From Macrostomum lignano (Eukaryota), in assembly GCA_002269645.1 (NCBI GenBank), contig NIVC01001453.1, positions 1 through 64,000 of the forward strand: a stretch of DNA of 64,000 bases, in the 5' to 3' direction. Below the pieces are notes generated by a model that made no database searches, was not told where the DNA came from, and worked only from the letters and a program-made list of their open reading frames with translations. The translations under genes were made by a program, and so were the position numbers. Below are positions 1 through 10,800 of the stretch, piece by piece (the stretch's first letter is position 1; each line of letters opens with the position of its first letter).

Positions 1-1584
1 GGCCTAGTGCTAGCCTAACCTTGCTTAAAAACTGACATCATTTAGCCTAACTATAAAAATAGGCAAAAAAATCAGTTTACCATCAATTAGTAGCCTAGCA
101 GTTATTACAAATACAATTAATTCAATACTTTTTACTTAGTGACTTTAGGGCCTTTTAAATGCTTTATCAGTGACTTAGTGCCTTTATTATCCTTTGAAAC
201 TATTTAGCTAGGCTAGGCCTAGGGGTCAGAATCAAAAAAGAACAGAAAGAACTTAAAAATGGTAGGATAAAACTCAAAATTCATAACTAGGGCCTAATAA
301 ATAACATTTAAAACTTTTGACAAGTGTATTCTATCTTGTATAATATTCTAGTGTATATAGGACTATCACATATCAGCATATTAAGACATCCAATAAAACT
401 CTTAATTGTCATCATTTCAATTCAGCATTTACTATAAGCTAGGTAGGCTATTCTAGAGGCCCTAATAAAAGGATAAGCTCATTTAGGGTAAAGCTGCCTA
501 GCATGTTTTGTTGGATAGGAAAAAGACCGAAATTCTGTCACAAGCTGACACGGCTGTAGTGACATGGCATAGGGCCTATTTGGATGCATATTCAAATATA
601 ACCTGGACTAGCGGAATGGGCATTCGCGCCTTCCCGCTGTGTCTCCCCGGACAGCCCTGCAGCTAAGGGCTTGCTTTTTTGAATTATTGGTTTTTGTTGG
701 CAGATTGATTAGGCCTAATGCCTCCCACCACGGTGGCACCACCACCACGATAAATGTAATTGACGTTGTCAATATTTTTAAACGAACTTTACTAACAAAA
801 CCGTACAGTCATTTTTTTCATTTATAGGCCTAAATTTCAGAAAACTTGAAGTTTTATGTCTCAATGAGCAAAAATTACCTGTAAAAAATACAAGCGATTC
901 AGAATATAATTCCTAATTGTTAAAACGTTTACAAACAACTGTATTTAAAATTAAAAGTGTGCATTCTTCGAAATATCACTAAAAACAAAAGCAGCCTTGA
1001 TGGCTTTCTCCTTGATTGATTATATGGGTATGTGATTAGCCTAAGCCTAGGGCCTACCTAGAAATTCTAGAATTGTTGTCGTCATTTTGTAACCATAATT
1101 TAAGGCTTCTTTGTTCTAACATGCATGTTAGCATGTAAGATGATTGAAAATAATAAGGGGTTATTAGGCCAAAACCAGAAGGTTCTTTATGGCCTAGTTT
1201 TTTGGCTAGAATTCTATAGTATTTTACAGTATTACCATTATTTTCTTATATACTATTACTATGGCCTACAGGACCAATCTATCTATATGAATATACCTTA
1301 TAGCCTAGGCTACTGGCCCTAAGCCTATGGCTATTAAGCGTGCTATAGCTACAAGTCCCAGTTTTATATATGTCTTGGTCCACTAGCAGTGCTGGGCGTT
1401 AACTAGTTAATTGTTAAACTAGTTAATTTTTTTAATTGGTCAATTTCATTTAATTTTTTATGTATTAACTAGTTAACAAAAATCATTAAATTTTTTCTGT
1501 AAGTTAAAGTTAAATGACAAAAGTTACTTATTTCTTTGTTAAATTATTTATTCTTTCATAGGAGTTTTTCTTTAATTTTTTGTT

Positions 1585-2590
1585 AAAATGAGAAGAAAGA
1601 AAGAGAGTCCTGAGTCAAAAAAGGAAAAGAGAAGAGTACAAGAAGAGAGAGGTAAGATCAAGAACATATATGAATAAAGATGACAGATGAAAGAAGGGAA
1701 TTGAGAGAGCAGAAATGAGAGTGAACAGACAAGAGATGGGAGAGTAGAAAAAAAAGAGAAGAGATAAGAAATAAGAGATAAGAGGTGGAGACAAGGGAGA
1801 GATGAGAAGTGAGTGAGGAGAGAGGAGGGGAGGAGACTAGGATGGAATTCTTGCACAAAAATTGCAACGCGTTTTTGCATTTCGGAAAAAAATTGCAAAA
1901 AATTGCGCACCTGTACAAGCTACAAAAAATGCGACAAAAATTGCCAATTATTTTGCGACTGCTTGCACAGTTTAAATTACTGATTTTACAGTATTAAATG
2001 TAGAATTTACAAAAACGTAACATTTTATAGTTTGTTATTTACGAACTGTTTAAATTTAAATTTTTTTACTTAAAAAACAAAGATAATCAGTGTTCTATTT
2101 ATTGTAACAAGTCGTCTAAAAATGAGAATATGAGACTATTGCAAAACATTATTTTGACAATTGGTAATGCCAAAAATTGCACCACTAAATTTTGTTTAAG
2201 ATTGTAAAAATTGCATTTGGTTCAATATGGAATTGCGCACCGAAAAAAAGTTGCAATTTTCCGTTTTATATGCCAGATGCAAGAATTCCATGCTGGGGAG
2301 GAGAAAGAATCAAGAGGACAGTGAAAATTGGTAAAAAGGAGGGAGGAGAGGAAAGAGGCAAGAGATTAAAGAGAAGAGAAATAGGACAGGAGAGATCAGA
2401 GAGACAAGAGCAGAGAGAGGGAAAGAGGAGAGAGAGCAAAGATAGAAGGGACAGCAGAGAGAAATGAGAAGAGATAAAAAAGGAGAAATGAGATATGAGA
2501 GACAAGAGATGGGAGAGAAGATAAGAAACAGAAGAGAAGATAGAAGTTTCAAAGGATCCAAGGAGTTGAAGGGACATAGGGAGAGGCAGA
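1585..2590 (+). repeat. GA-rich low-complexity tract interrupted by the MITE
   Basis: Almost purely purine sequence at about 1585-1836 and 2297-2590. The F/S/L-rich ORFs here are artefacts. Confidence 0.85.
1837..2296. mobile_element. MITE nested in the hAT element
   Basis: TIR CTAGGATGGAATTCTTGCA versus CCAGCATGGAATTCTTGCA (2 mismatches). 8-bp TSD GGAGGAGA at 1829-1836 and 2297-2304. Repeated AAAATTGC subterminal motifs. Splits a GA-rich tract. Confidence 0.75.
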
Positions 2591-4977
2591 GGTAAAGGCC
2601 AGAGTTTGCCTGACATTCTGCACAGCACCCTAGCCAACAATATCAATGCTTGCTTCAAATCCTAATTTTATAGGAATGTACTTTATTTTGTTTAACTCTA
2701 TCCTAACAATTAATTACAAACTTTTGTTTGAGTTTGAACTCGAACAAAATACATGCAAACTCAAATACATGCAAAAATAATTCTGGGAAATGGAGTTCCC
2801 CAGATTCAAAATCCGCTGGTTTCAACAGCTTGTATGCCATTAAAAAGTAAAATTATTACATACATAAAATAACTTCGCCTTTCTAAGCATTATTTAACAC
2901 GTCACAAACTATTACATGTACATGTATATTATTTCAGTTACAAGTTATAATGTATAGAATATTCCGGAAGATTCTCTGGAATCTTCAACTATTATTGATA
3001 GTCTACCCAAGGACTACTAGAAGTTATCATTGTATACATGTAATGATTCTGCCTTTCCTGCTGCGCTGCTCTGCATCGCACTGCATAGATATTTCCTTGT
3101 TGCGTTGCACCATACTGCGCGACTTCCTGCGCCGCTGTGCAACCTCCAGTGCTGCCATGCAACTTCCTGCGCTGCCGCACGACCTGCGCTGCTTCGCGCC
3201 ACTGCGCACCGTGTCACTGCACGCCACGCCATGCCGCGACCTGGCTGTTGTGTATTTCAAAGGCATGCAATGCATAGGGATAGTTCGTGGACAGGGTTTC
3301 TAGAAACTTCCACAGCAGGACTTGTTTACGCATAGTTCCTGAAGTTTCCTCTCCCAGTCTTTCTAGAACTTTCCTTCCCCGTGTGCATAAATATACGAGC
3401 CGCCCTCCTATTGGCCAAGCCCTCTTTTGGTGCCACTGAGTGCCTGGATAATTATCTATCTTGTTTCTGCATTCATTAATTCAACAACAGAACACTGGCC
3501 ACAGCCATGCCGCGCCAACCTGAAATTTAAAAAATGCGCCAGACACATGTCCAGGAAAATGTCACTTTTTCCATTAGGGAGAAATAGGAATTAACTTTTC
3601 AGAAGTTAAATTTTTGGCAAAAGTTAAATATTTAACTAGTTACAGTTAATTTTTTGGAGCAATTAAATTAACTTTTTAACTTTTAATAAGTTAAAAAATT
3701 GATTAACTTGCCCAGCACTGTCCACTAGATTGACTTAGGGCCTAAATAAATTTAACATATATATTTAATTTGCTTGTTTGAATAGATATAAATGGTATAC
3801 TACATCTTTGAAATAATTTTAGATTTATATTTATTGATAGGCTAACAATAAAACTACATTGGTATGGAATGCAAAGAATAGGCCTAATATTTAATCAAGA
3901 ATCTATATAATTATGTGAAATCATTATATAGTATCTAGGTTTTTTGTATTATAAGCAGGACATGACATGTCAAAGTTAAAAATGGCATAATGATTTTGAT
4001 GCTATTATGCTAAAATGGCATAATAATTTTTTGTTATTATGCCCCTATGCCATTGCCAAATTGCCAATGTTGAATCCCTGTAGTCATTTCTTCAACCCCA
4101 AGTCCTCATGTTGTGTTATACATTGTATAGGCCCTATACCTGCGTGCGTATACATGTCTGTGCATACATGTGCAACCTCCAAAATTTGGTCAGCCATGCG
4201 ACTTAGTTTTAACAAAAATGTGACTTAGTTTTTAGCCAAAAATGCAACTTAGATGTATAAAACCCTAAAGCAAAATTAATGCAACTTTGAAGAAATGGCA
4301 GAAGTAACCTTGACTATCTTATTAAGCCAAAATGCCTCATCAGCTACTTAGTACTACTACTTTGGTGTGTTTTGGGTGGGCATTTTTTGCGACTTTCTTG
4401 GTTGGCTGCCAAATTGGTTGGCCAGATTGGCTGCTTTGGCCAACTATTGTGCATGTATGTGTCTGTACATGTGCACATGTATACACATGAGCTGATAGCC
4501 TATGTGTGCACATAAATATATGTATATAATAGTTTTCAGTTTTACTTAAAGGATTGTTATAGATTTCAGTTTCATAGAAAAGAAATTGCTAGATTGCAGT
4601 TTAACTAAGATGAAATTGAAAGTCCATAGTTTTACCTAGATAATTTTAACTGACTTTAGTTCTTGTGTTCAACTTTCCTATCTCAACTTTGAGGGCTTAA
4701 CTTCTGCAGATTCTTCTCCAATGAAGGAGCTTGACTTTTAAACTATTACTCATTAATAGGTCTTATTTATTGTTAAAAAATAATGGCTTGGATTGCAATT
4801 ATTTTTATTAAGTGTGTACCACCCCTATGTAGGAAACAGTGATCAACAGAGTAATATAATTTATACTTGTTGAAAATAAGGGTTAATATTATAAGAGGAA
4901 ACATCTCCTTATTTGAATCTCCTTTTCATCTAGTTTTGGTTAAGAGTTACACTAGAAAATGTGACGGAAGTTCTATA

Positions 4978-5557
4978 CTAGTGTTACACAACTTCAAATG
5001 TCTATGGTGTCCTTTTTCTAACATCAGTTTTTGCCAAAATTAACTTTGAATTTGTCAGAAAATGTAGAAATGTCTATGGATAAAACCAAAAAAATTGGTT
5101 TCAAATTGGTAAATTAGTAAAATTGCTTATCAGATCTAGTGGTGTCAGTGTTTGCTTAGTTCATACTAAATGCTTTCTTTTGGCTAAAGATTTAAAGATG
5201 AGTTCTCTCCATAGCCTTGGGAGTCAATGGAGTCAAGTTTTTGCCCAGTGGTCTGCAGGACAGAGTAGAGCCAAAATTGCTAATTTTTTCTCAACGTATG
5301 ATGAGAACAGCATTAAGAAAACAGCTATTTATAGATAAATCCAATGGTTCATGGATGGCCAGTTCACTTTGAATGATTCTGAAAAATTTGACTCTGTTGA
5401 CTCTCAAGCCTTTAAAAAGAACTCATCATTAAATCTTTAGCCAAAAGCAAGCATTAAGTATGAAATAGGCCTAAGCAATTTTACTTGTTTCATTCATAGA
5501 TGTTTCCACATATTTCTAACAAATTCGAAGTTAATTTTGGCAAAAAAGTGATGATGG
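4978..5557. mobile_element. Foldback MITE with long imperfect TIRs, TA-flanked (Tc1/mariner-like, inferred)
   Basis: TA|CTAGTGTTACACAACTTCAAATGTCTATGGTGTCCTTTTT at 4976 onward pairs with ...AAAAAGGACACCACAGACATTTGAGGTTGTGTAACACTAG|TA ending at 5559. Inverted similarity continues with indels for about 170-250 bp. Confidence 0.75.
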
Positions 5558-5799
5558 AAAAAGGACACCACAGACATTTGAGGTTGTGTAACACTAGTAC
5601 TGACCTTCTCTCACATTCCCTGGTATTAACTCTTAATTGAAACTAGATAAAAATGGAATTCAATTGACAATTTTTTGTTGCACAATTATCTTTAGTTTGA
5701 TGCATAAAACAAAAATTGGTCAAGGTACTGAGGAGCTAGAGCAAACATTCCTGGAACTTTTGGGATACCCCTTGTAATAAGACTTTCTTTCAATTGAGG

Positions 5800-5990
5800 G
5801 CTCTATCCAGAGCAGACAACCTTAGTGTCTAAAAAAGAAAGTTTCTTTTCTCCACCTTTAGCAATGAACCTGATATTTGAATAGATAAGTAGAATTGACA
5901 GCCTTAAAAAATTCAAAATGGTCCTTCTAATTATCAAAAATGGCAAATGTGTTATCCATGTAGTTCTTGTAAAACTTTGGGGCATAGGGC
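5800..5990 (-). mobile_element. Degenerate Penelope-like element reverse transcriptase fragment
   Basis: Across two minus frames: KFYKNYMDNTFAIFDN*KDHFEFFKAVNS then SNIRFIAKGGEKKLSFLDTKV. This matches the PLE RT pattern FY.RYVDDTFAIF...LNS.HPNIKFT.E.E...LPFLD. Contains a stop and a frameshift. Confidence 0.65.
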
Positions 5991-6293
5991 AGTTTTAACC
6001 ATTTCTCTTCTTTTGTTCTCATTTTCTTTGTGAACTTGGCTTATTTTTATTTGTTAAATTGTTGATATTTTTTTATTTACTGTTGTTGTATTCTGAAAAA
6101 TCTAAAATGAATTTATTTAATTGGTTTACCAAAAATATATGCAAAAACTATTTTGTCCTGTGCTACTAAATAGTTTCAGTTTAATCTTGTACTTTTTTAT
6201 TTGAATGATTTAAAGAATTATAAATAATTTAATGGCCAATTTATATTAAAATTTATTTCTGTTTTTTAGAACAGTCTTTTTATGGCTCTGAAG

Positions 6294-6848
6294 CTACGGC
6301 ATAGCATTTAAAACAGATAAGTAATAAATATTGATAAATACAAACAATGACAGCTTGCGATGGACACGAGTCCACTCTGGGCCAAATGGATTTAGTTCAG
6401 GAAGGCGGCGGTACTGCCATCTCAACCGTTTCCAAACTGGCGTCCGATCCAATTCCTTCGCGACCGGATTCCTGGCTTCGAGACATCTACGCCCCAACGA
6501 CCGCCAGTCACACTGATCTAGCTTCGCCAACTGCCGATCTGCCACGTGTGTCCTCGGTAGCTCCCTTACCGTCCCCAGCCAGTCTACTGTTCCAGCTTGT
6601 TCAGCAGCTCCCGGCATTGACCAGCTGGTGCTCATGCAGTCCGATGAGTCATTCCGGTGCCTGTTCCGTCCATCACCTGTGTCGCCAACCATTCCTGAGG
6701 AGGCCTCGGGTGCTGCTGCTGCTGCTGCTAGCGCTTCTTGGCTAGCTGGTCGGCGCTTTGACGAAGAAGAGTTTGCTAGTGAGCGGTTTTTTGTATTGGC
6801 AGCGATTGTGACAGCTTGATAATGTTGTTGCTTTGATAGAGTAGGTGC
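6294..6848 (-). CDS. Putative terminal coding exon or small gene of unknown function
   Basis: GC-rich island in an AT-rich background. Frame open for 185 codons from a candidate AG acceptor at 6850-6849 to the stop at 6294, with an ATG at 6692. Poly-Ala tract. Adjacent to a minisatellite like the other introns here. No in-frame upstream exon found. Confidence 0.35.
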   Translation of the reverse strand, partial: APTLSKQQHYQAVTIAANTKNRSLANSSSSKRRPASQEALAAAAAAPEASSGMVGDTGDGRNRHRNDSSDCMSTSWSMPGAAEQAGTVDWLGTVRELPRTHVADRQLAKLDQCDWRSLGRRCLEARNPVAKELDRTPVWKRLRWQYRRLPELNPFGPEWTRVHRKLSLFVFINIYYLSVLNAMP

Positions 6849-6859
6849 CTGTTTATCCG

Positions 6860-7090
6860 CTGATGTTGTGGTAAGTTATTGTGTGCTGTATCCCCTGGTG
6901 TTGTGGTAGGTTACTATGTACTTTATCCCCTGATGTTGTGGTAGGTTACTATGTACTTTATCCCCTGATGTTGTGGTAGGTTACTATGTACTTTATCCCC
7001 TGATGTTGTGGTAGGTTATTGTGTATTTTTTCCTCTGGTGTTGTAGTAGGTTATTGTGTACCCTGTCACGTGATATTGCAGTAGGTTATT
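6860..7090 (+). repeat. 35-bp minisatellite, about 7 copies
   Basis: Unit ATCCCCTGATGTTGTGGTAGGTTACTATGTACTTT, degenerate at the ends. Confidence 0.9.
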
Positions 7091-7819
7091 GTGTACCCTC
7101 CCATTTGAAAACGTTACCCTGACAAGAATCGCTAAAGAGTCATTGCAAACTGCTCACTAGTGACTCTAGCGACTCGACTCAAACGACTGCAATGCGACAA
7201 AGAGGCGACTGTTGAGTCATGGGCGCATCACGTGAGCTGCAGAATTATAAAATAGTCATGAAAAATGTCATCCAAGAGTAGTTGTGCTGGCGCTTCACTT
7301 TCTACTAACTCAAGTAGACTAAATAGAGTTGTTATAAATGCAATTTGCGATTCAAATTCATGAAGTGACGCAGATGCGCTTCAGACGCAACTCAGTGATT
7401 CTGCGGCGACTTAGGTGCGTCCCAGATCTGACTCTGCGGCCCCAGAGTCGTTTCAGAGTCGCAGACTCTTATACAGCTTATGTTCACCATTAAGCTGTAT
7501 AATTAGTCAGCACAACATATCGGTAGATAATAAATAAAACGGCACGCATTTATAAACTCGCGCAGATCATCGCCAGCGCGAGTATCCGCACACGCCTCAG
7601 CCACTTCGACCGATTGAACCGCGCGCTCTGCGCAAAATTCGGCGCCGTATAGAGCGCGCCGACGAAGCGCGCCGATTAGCGAAACACGCCGGTACGGGTG
7701 CCAGGGTCAGTCAGGTGATTCGATCGCAGCCGGTCTCGCCAACTGCGACTCATACTACTAATACTAAGCCCGTGACAAATGAAAACGCTGGCCCGTTAGA
7801 TTTCGACGACGTCGTTGAA

Positions 7820-10800
7820 ATGGCCGTGTCGCGTCGGAATCGGCGAAGACGAAGTCGAGGCAGCAGCGGCGACGGCGGAGGCGGCAGTGGCTCCGGCGGC
7901 GGCAGTAAGCGAGGGAAAGTGCACGTGTTGGAGCCGTTTCAACCGACGCTGGACAATTTAAACGAGTGCTGCCAGCTGGAGGAGGCGGCAGCAGAGGAGG
8001 CTGTCGACGAAGAGAAACGGCAGCCTGTTGAGCGATTGGAAGGCGACGCTGAAGACTGCGATGATCGAACTGGGTCGGTTGCTTCTGGCGACTCCGGTGC
8101 AGCGTCTTGGTGAGGGATTTGGGATCTCTGATCCTAATCTCTAGGGGTTCTTGATCCCAACAATTTTATGGATTCCTGATCCCATTCATTTATAGATTCC
8201 TGATCCCATCCCTTTTGGGTTTCCTGATCCCAACCTTTTTGGGCTTCCTGATCCCTATATTTTAAGGGTTCCTGATCCCAACATTTTTGGGCTTCCTGAT
8301 CCCATCCCTTTAGGTATTCCTGATCCCAACAATTGTAGGGACTCCTGGGCCAAACCCTTTAGAGATTCCTGATTTCAAAAATTTTAGGGATTACTGATTC
8401 CAACCCTTTGGGGATTTCTGATCTCAATATTTTTTGGGATTCCTGAATTTCTCACTAATTTCTTTTTTACTACAGATCCCAGTCCTTATTTATCCCTCTG
8501 GGAATAAGGACCGCAGTTTATTAAAGTCTAGGTGAAATTTCCAGCCTAATTATAAAAACTCTCCAAACAAAACTTAACGATGACATTTCAGCTCGCCGAT
8601 GCTGCATCGCGACTCCGTTGCCAGCGAGGATCTGGGATTGGCTGACTTATCAGGGCTTCCTGAGGCTACTAAAAACGGGTCCAGCGCTACCCTGAGTCGC
8701 AAGTCCTCTTCAACGGCCGTGCCGCAACTGCAGGACGAGTCCTTGGCATCCGATGGACCGGAACAGCAGCAGAGCAAAGCCGCCGTCATGGACTCTGATT
8801 GGGAGACGGGGCCGGAGACAATGGAACCAACCGCATCAGCAAGCGTTGTGAAATTCTTTGTTGGCGGTGATGGATTCAGTTCGGGTATGTGAGCTTGCTT
8901 ACTGATGTTTTGATGAGCTAAGCCCTATGATCCCACATCCCAAGCCTATGAGGATTCCCTGATCCCACATCCCAAGCCTATGGGGATTCCCTGATCCCAC
9001 ATCCCAAGCCTATGGAGACTCCCTGATCCCACATCCCAAGCCTATGGGGATTCCCTGATCCCACATCTCAAGCCTATGAGGATTCCCTGATCCCACATCC
9101 CAAGTCCATAATTCATGATTCATGATTCCAAATCTACAGGATTCCCGATCCCCAAATCTACAGAATTTCCAATCCCAAATCTACAGGATTCCCAATCCCA
9201 AATCTACAGGATTCCCGATTCCTCAAATCTACAGGATTTCCAATCCCGAGTCTACAGGATTCCCGATCCCAAATCTACAGGATTCCCAATCCCAAATCTA
9301 CAGGATTTCCAATCCCAAATCTACAGGATTCCCAATCCCAAATCTACAGGATTCCCAATCCCAAATCTACAGGATTTCCAATCCCAAATCTACAGGATTT
9401 CCAATCCCAAATCTACAGGATTCCCAATCCCAAATCTACAGGATTCCTGATCCCAAATCTACAGGATTCCCAATCCCAAATCTACAGGATTTCCAATCCC
9501 AAATCTACAGGATTCCCAATCCCAAATCTACAGGATTCCCAATCCCAAATCTACAGGATTTCCAATCCCAAATCTACAGGATTTCCAATCCCAAATCTAC
9601 AGGATTCCCAATCTCAAATCTACAGGATTCCTGATCCCCAAATCTACAGGATTCCCAATCCCAAATCTACAGGATTTCCAATCCCAAATCTACAGGATTC
9701 CTGATCCCCAAATCTACAGGATTCCCAATCCCAAATCTACAGGATTCCCAATCCCAAATCTACAGGATTCCCAATCCCAAATCTACAGGATTCCTATAGA
9801 TTTATAATTACCCGAATCCTCAGATACTGAATCAGCTTCCGAAGTCCAGCATCAGCAGCATCATCACCGTCGAAGAGCTTCATCCCAGCAGCACCAGCAG
9901 CGGTCAGACTGCTACACACCGCTGGACCTCGCCAGGCGCACATTCTCCGGCAACGAGATTCTAATGGAGGAGTTTTTCTTAGACCCTGAGGAGGCTTCGC
10001 AGCTGGGCGAGCTGGACCAGGACAATGTGAAAAGTCACAGATTTGACGATCTGCACGCAATGCGCCGGCATAAGATCAGCCCGGCATTGGCTTGCTCGGC
10101 CTCCGTGCAGCGCTGCTTCTCGTCTGCTGGCGGCACCAGTAGGCCAGCTGATGCTCACGGATTTGGGTGCCGATCGGAGCCGGCTCTGCTGACGCCAGCG
10201 TCTGCATCTTCGGCCACTGTTGACAGCGTGCAGGACACTGGAGACCTGCGCCAGCAGCTATCGGTTGAGGATGAAGATTTTGATGAGCCTGGGTCGCCTG
10301 CTCCTGCGCTACCTGAGGTTTGTTTGTGCTCGATTATATCTGTGCTGGAGGCAGATTCAGGGACTGAGAGATAGCGGAGAGGCGGATTCGGGGACTGAGG
10401 AAGGGGCGGAGAGGCGGATTCGGGACTGAGGAAGGGGCGGAGAGGCAGATTTAGGGGCTGAGGAAGGGGCGGAGAGGCAGATTCAGGGGCTGAGGAAGGG
10501 GCGGAGAGGCAGATTTAGGGGCTGAGGAAGGGCGGAGAGGCAGATTCAGGGGCTGAGGAAGGGGCGGAGAGGCAGTTTCAGGGACTGAGGAAGGGGCGGA
10601 GAGGCAGATTTAGGGGCTGAGGAAGGGCGGAGAGGCAGATTCGGGGACTGAGGAAGGGCGGAGAGGCAGATTTAGGGGCTGAGGAAGGGCGGAGAGGCAG
10701 ATTCGGGGACTGAGGAAGGGGCGGAGAGGCAGATTTAGGGGCTGAGGAAGGGCGGAGAGGCAGATTCGGGGACTGAGGAAGGGGCGGAGAGGCAGATTTA

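Larger units (their letters stand above)
1387..3720. mobile_element. Non-autonomous hAT-type DNA transposon (2334 bp)
   Basis: 11-bp TIR CAGTGCTGGGC at 1387-1397 and its reverse complement ending at 3720. Perfect 8-bp TSD TCCACTAG at 1379-1386 and 3721-3728. GTTAA-rich subterminal motifs at both ends. No transposase ORF. Confidence 0.88.

Noticed and set aside
2951-3493. TGT...ACA segment with TATA-like and CCAAT motifs resembling a solo LTR
   Set aside because: No matching TSD and no recognisable PBS or second copy.
7158-7470. Weak inverted similarity rich in GACTC/GAGTC, possibly an old MITE
   Set aside because: The arms are too diverged and there is no TSD.
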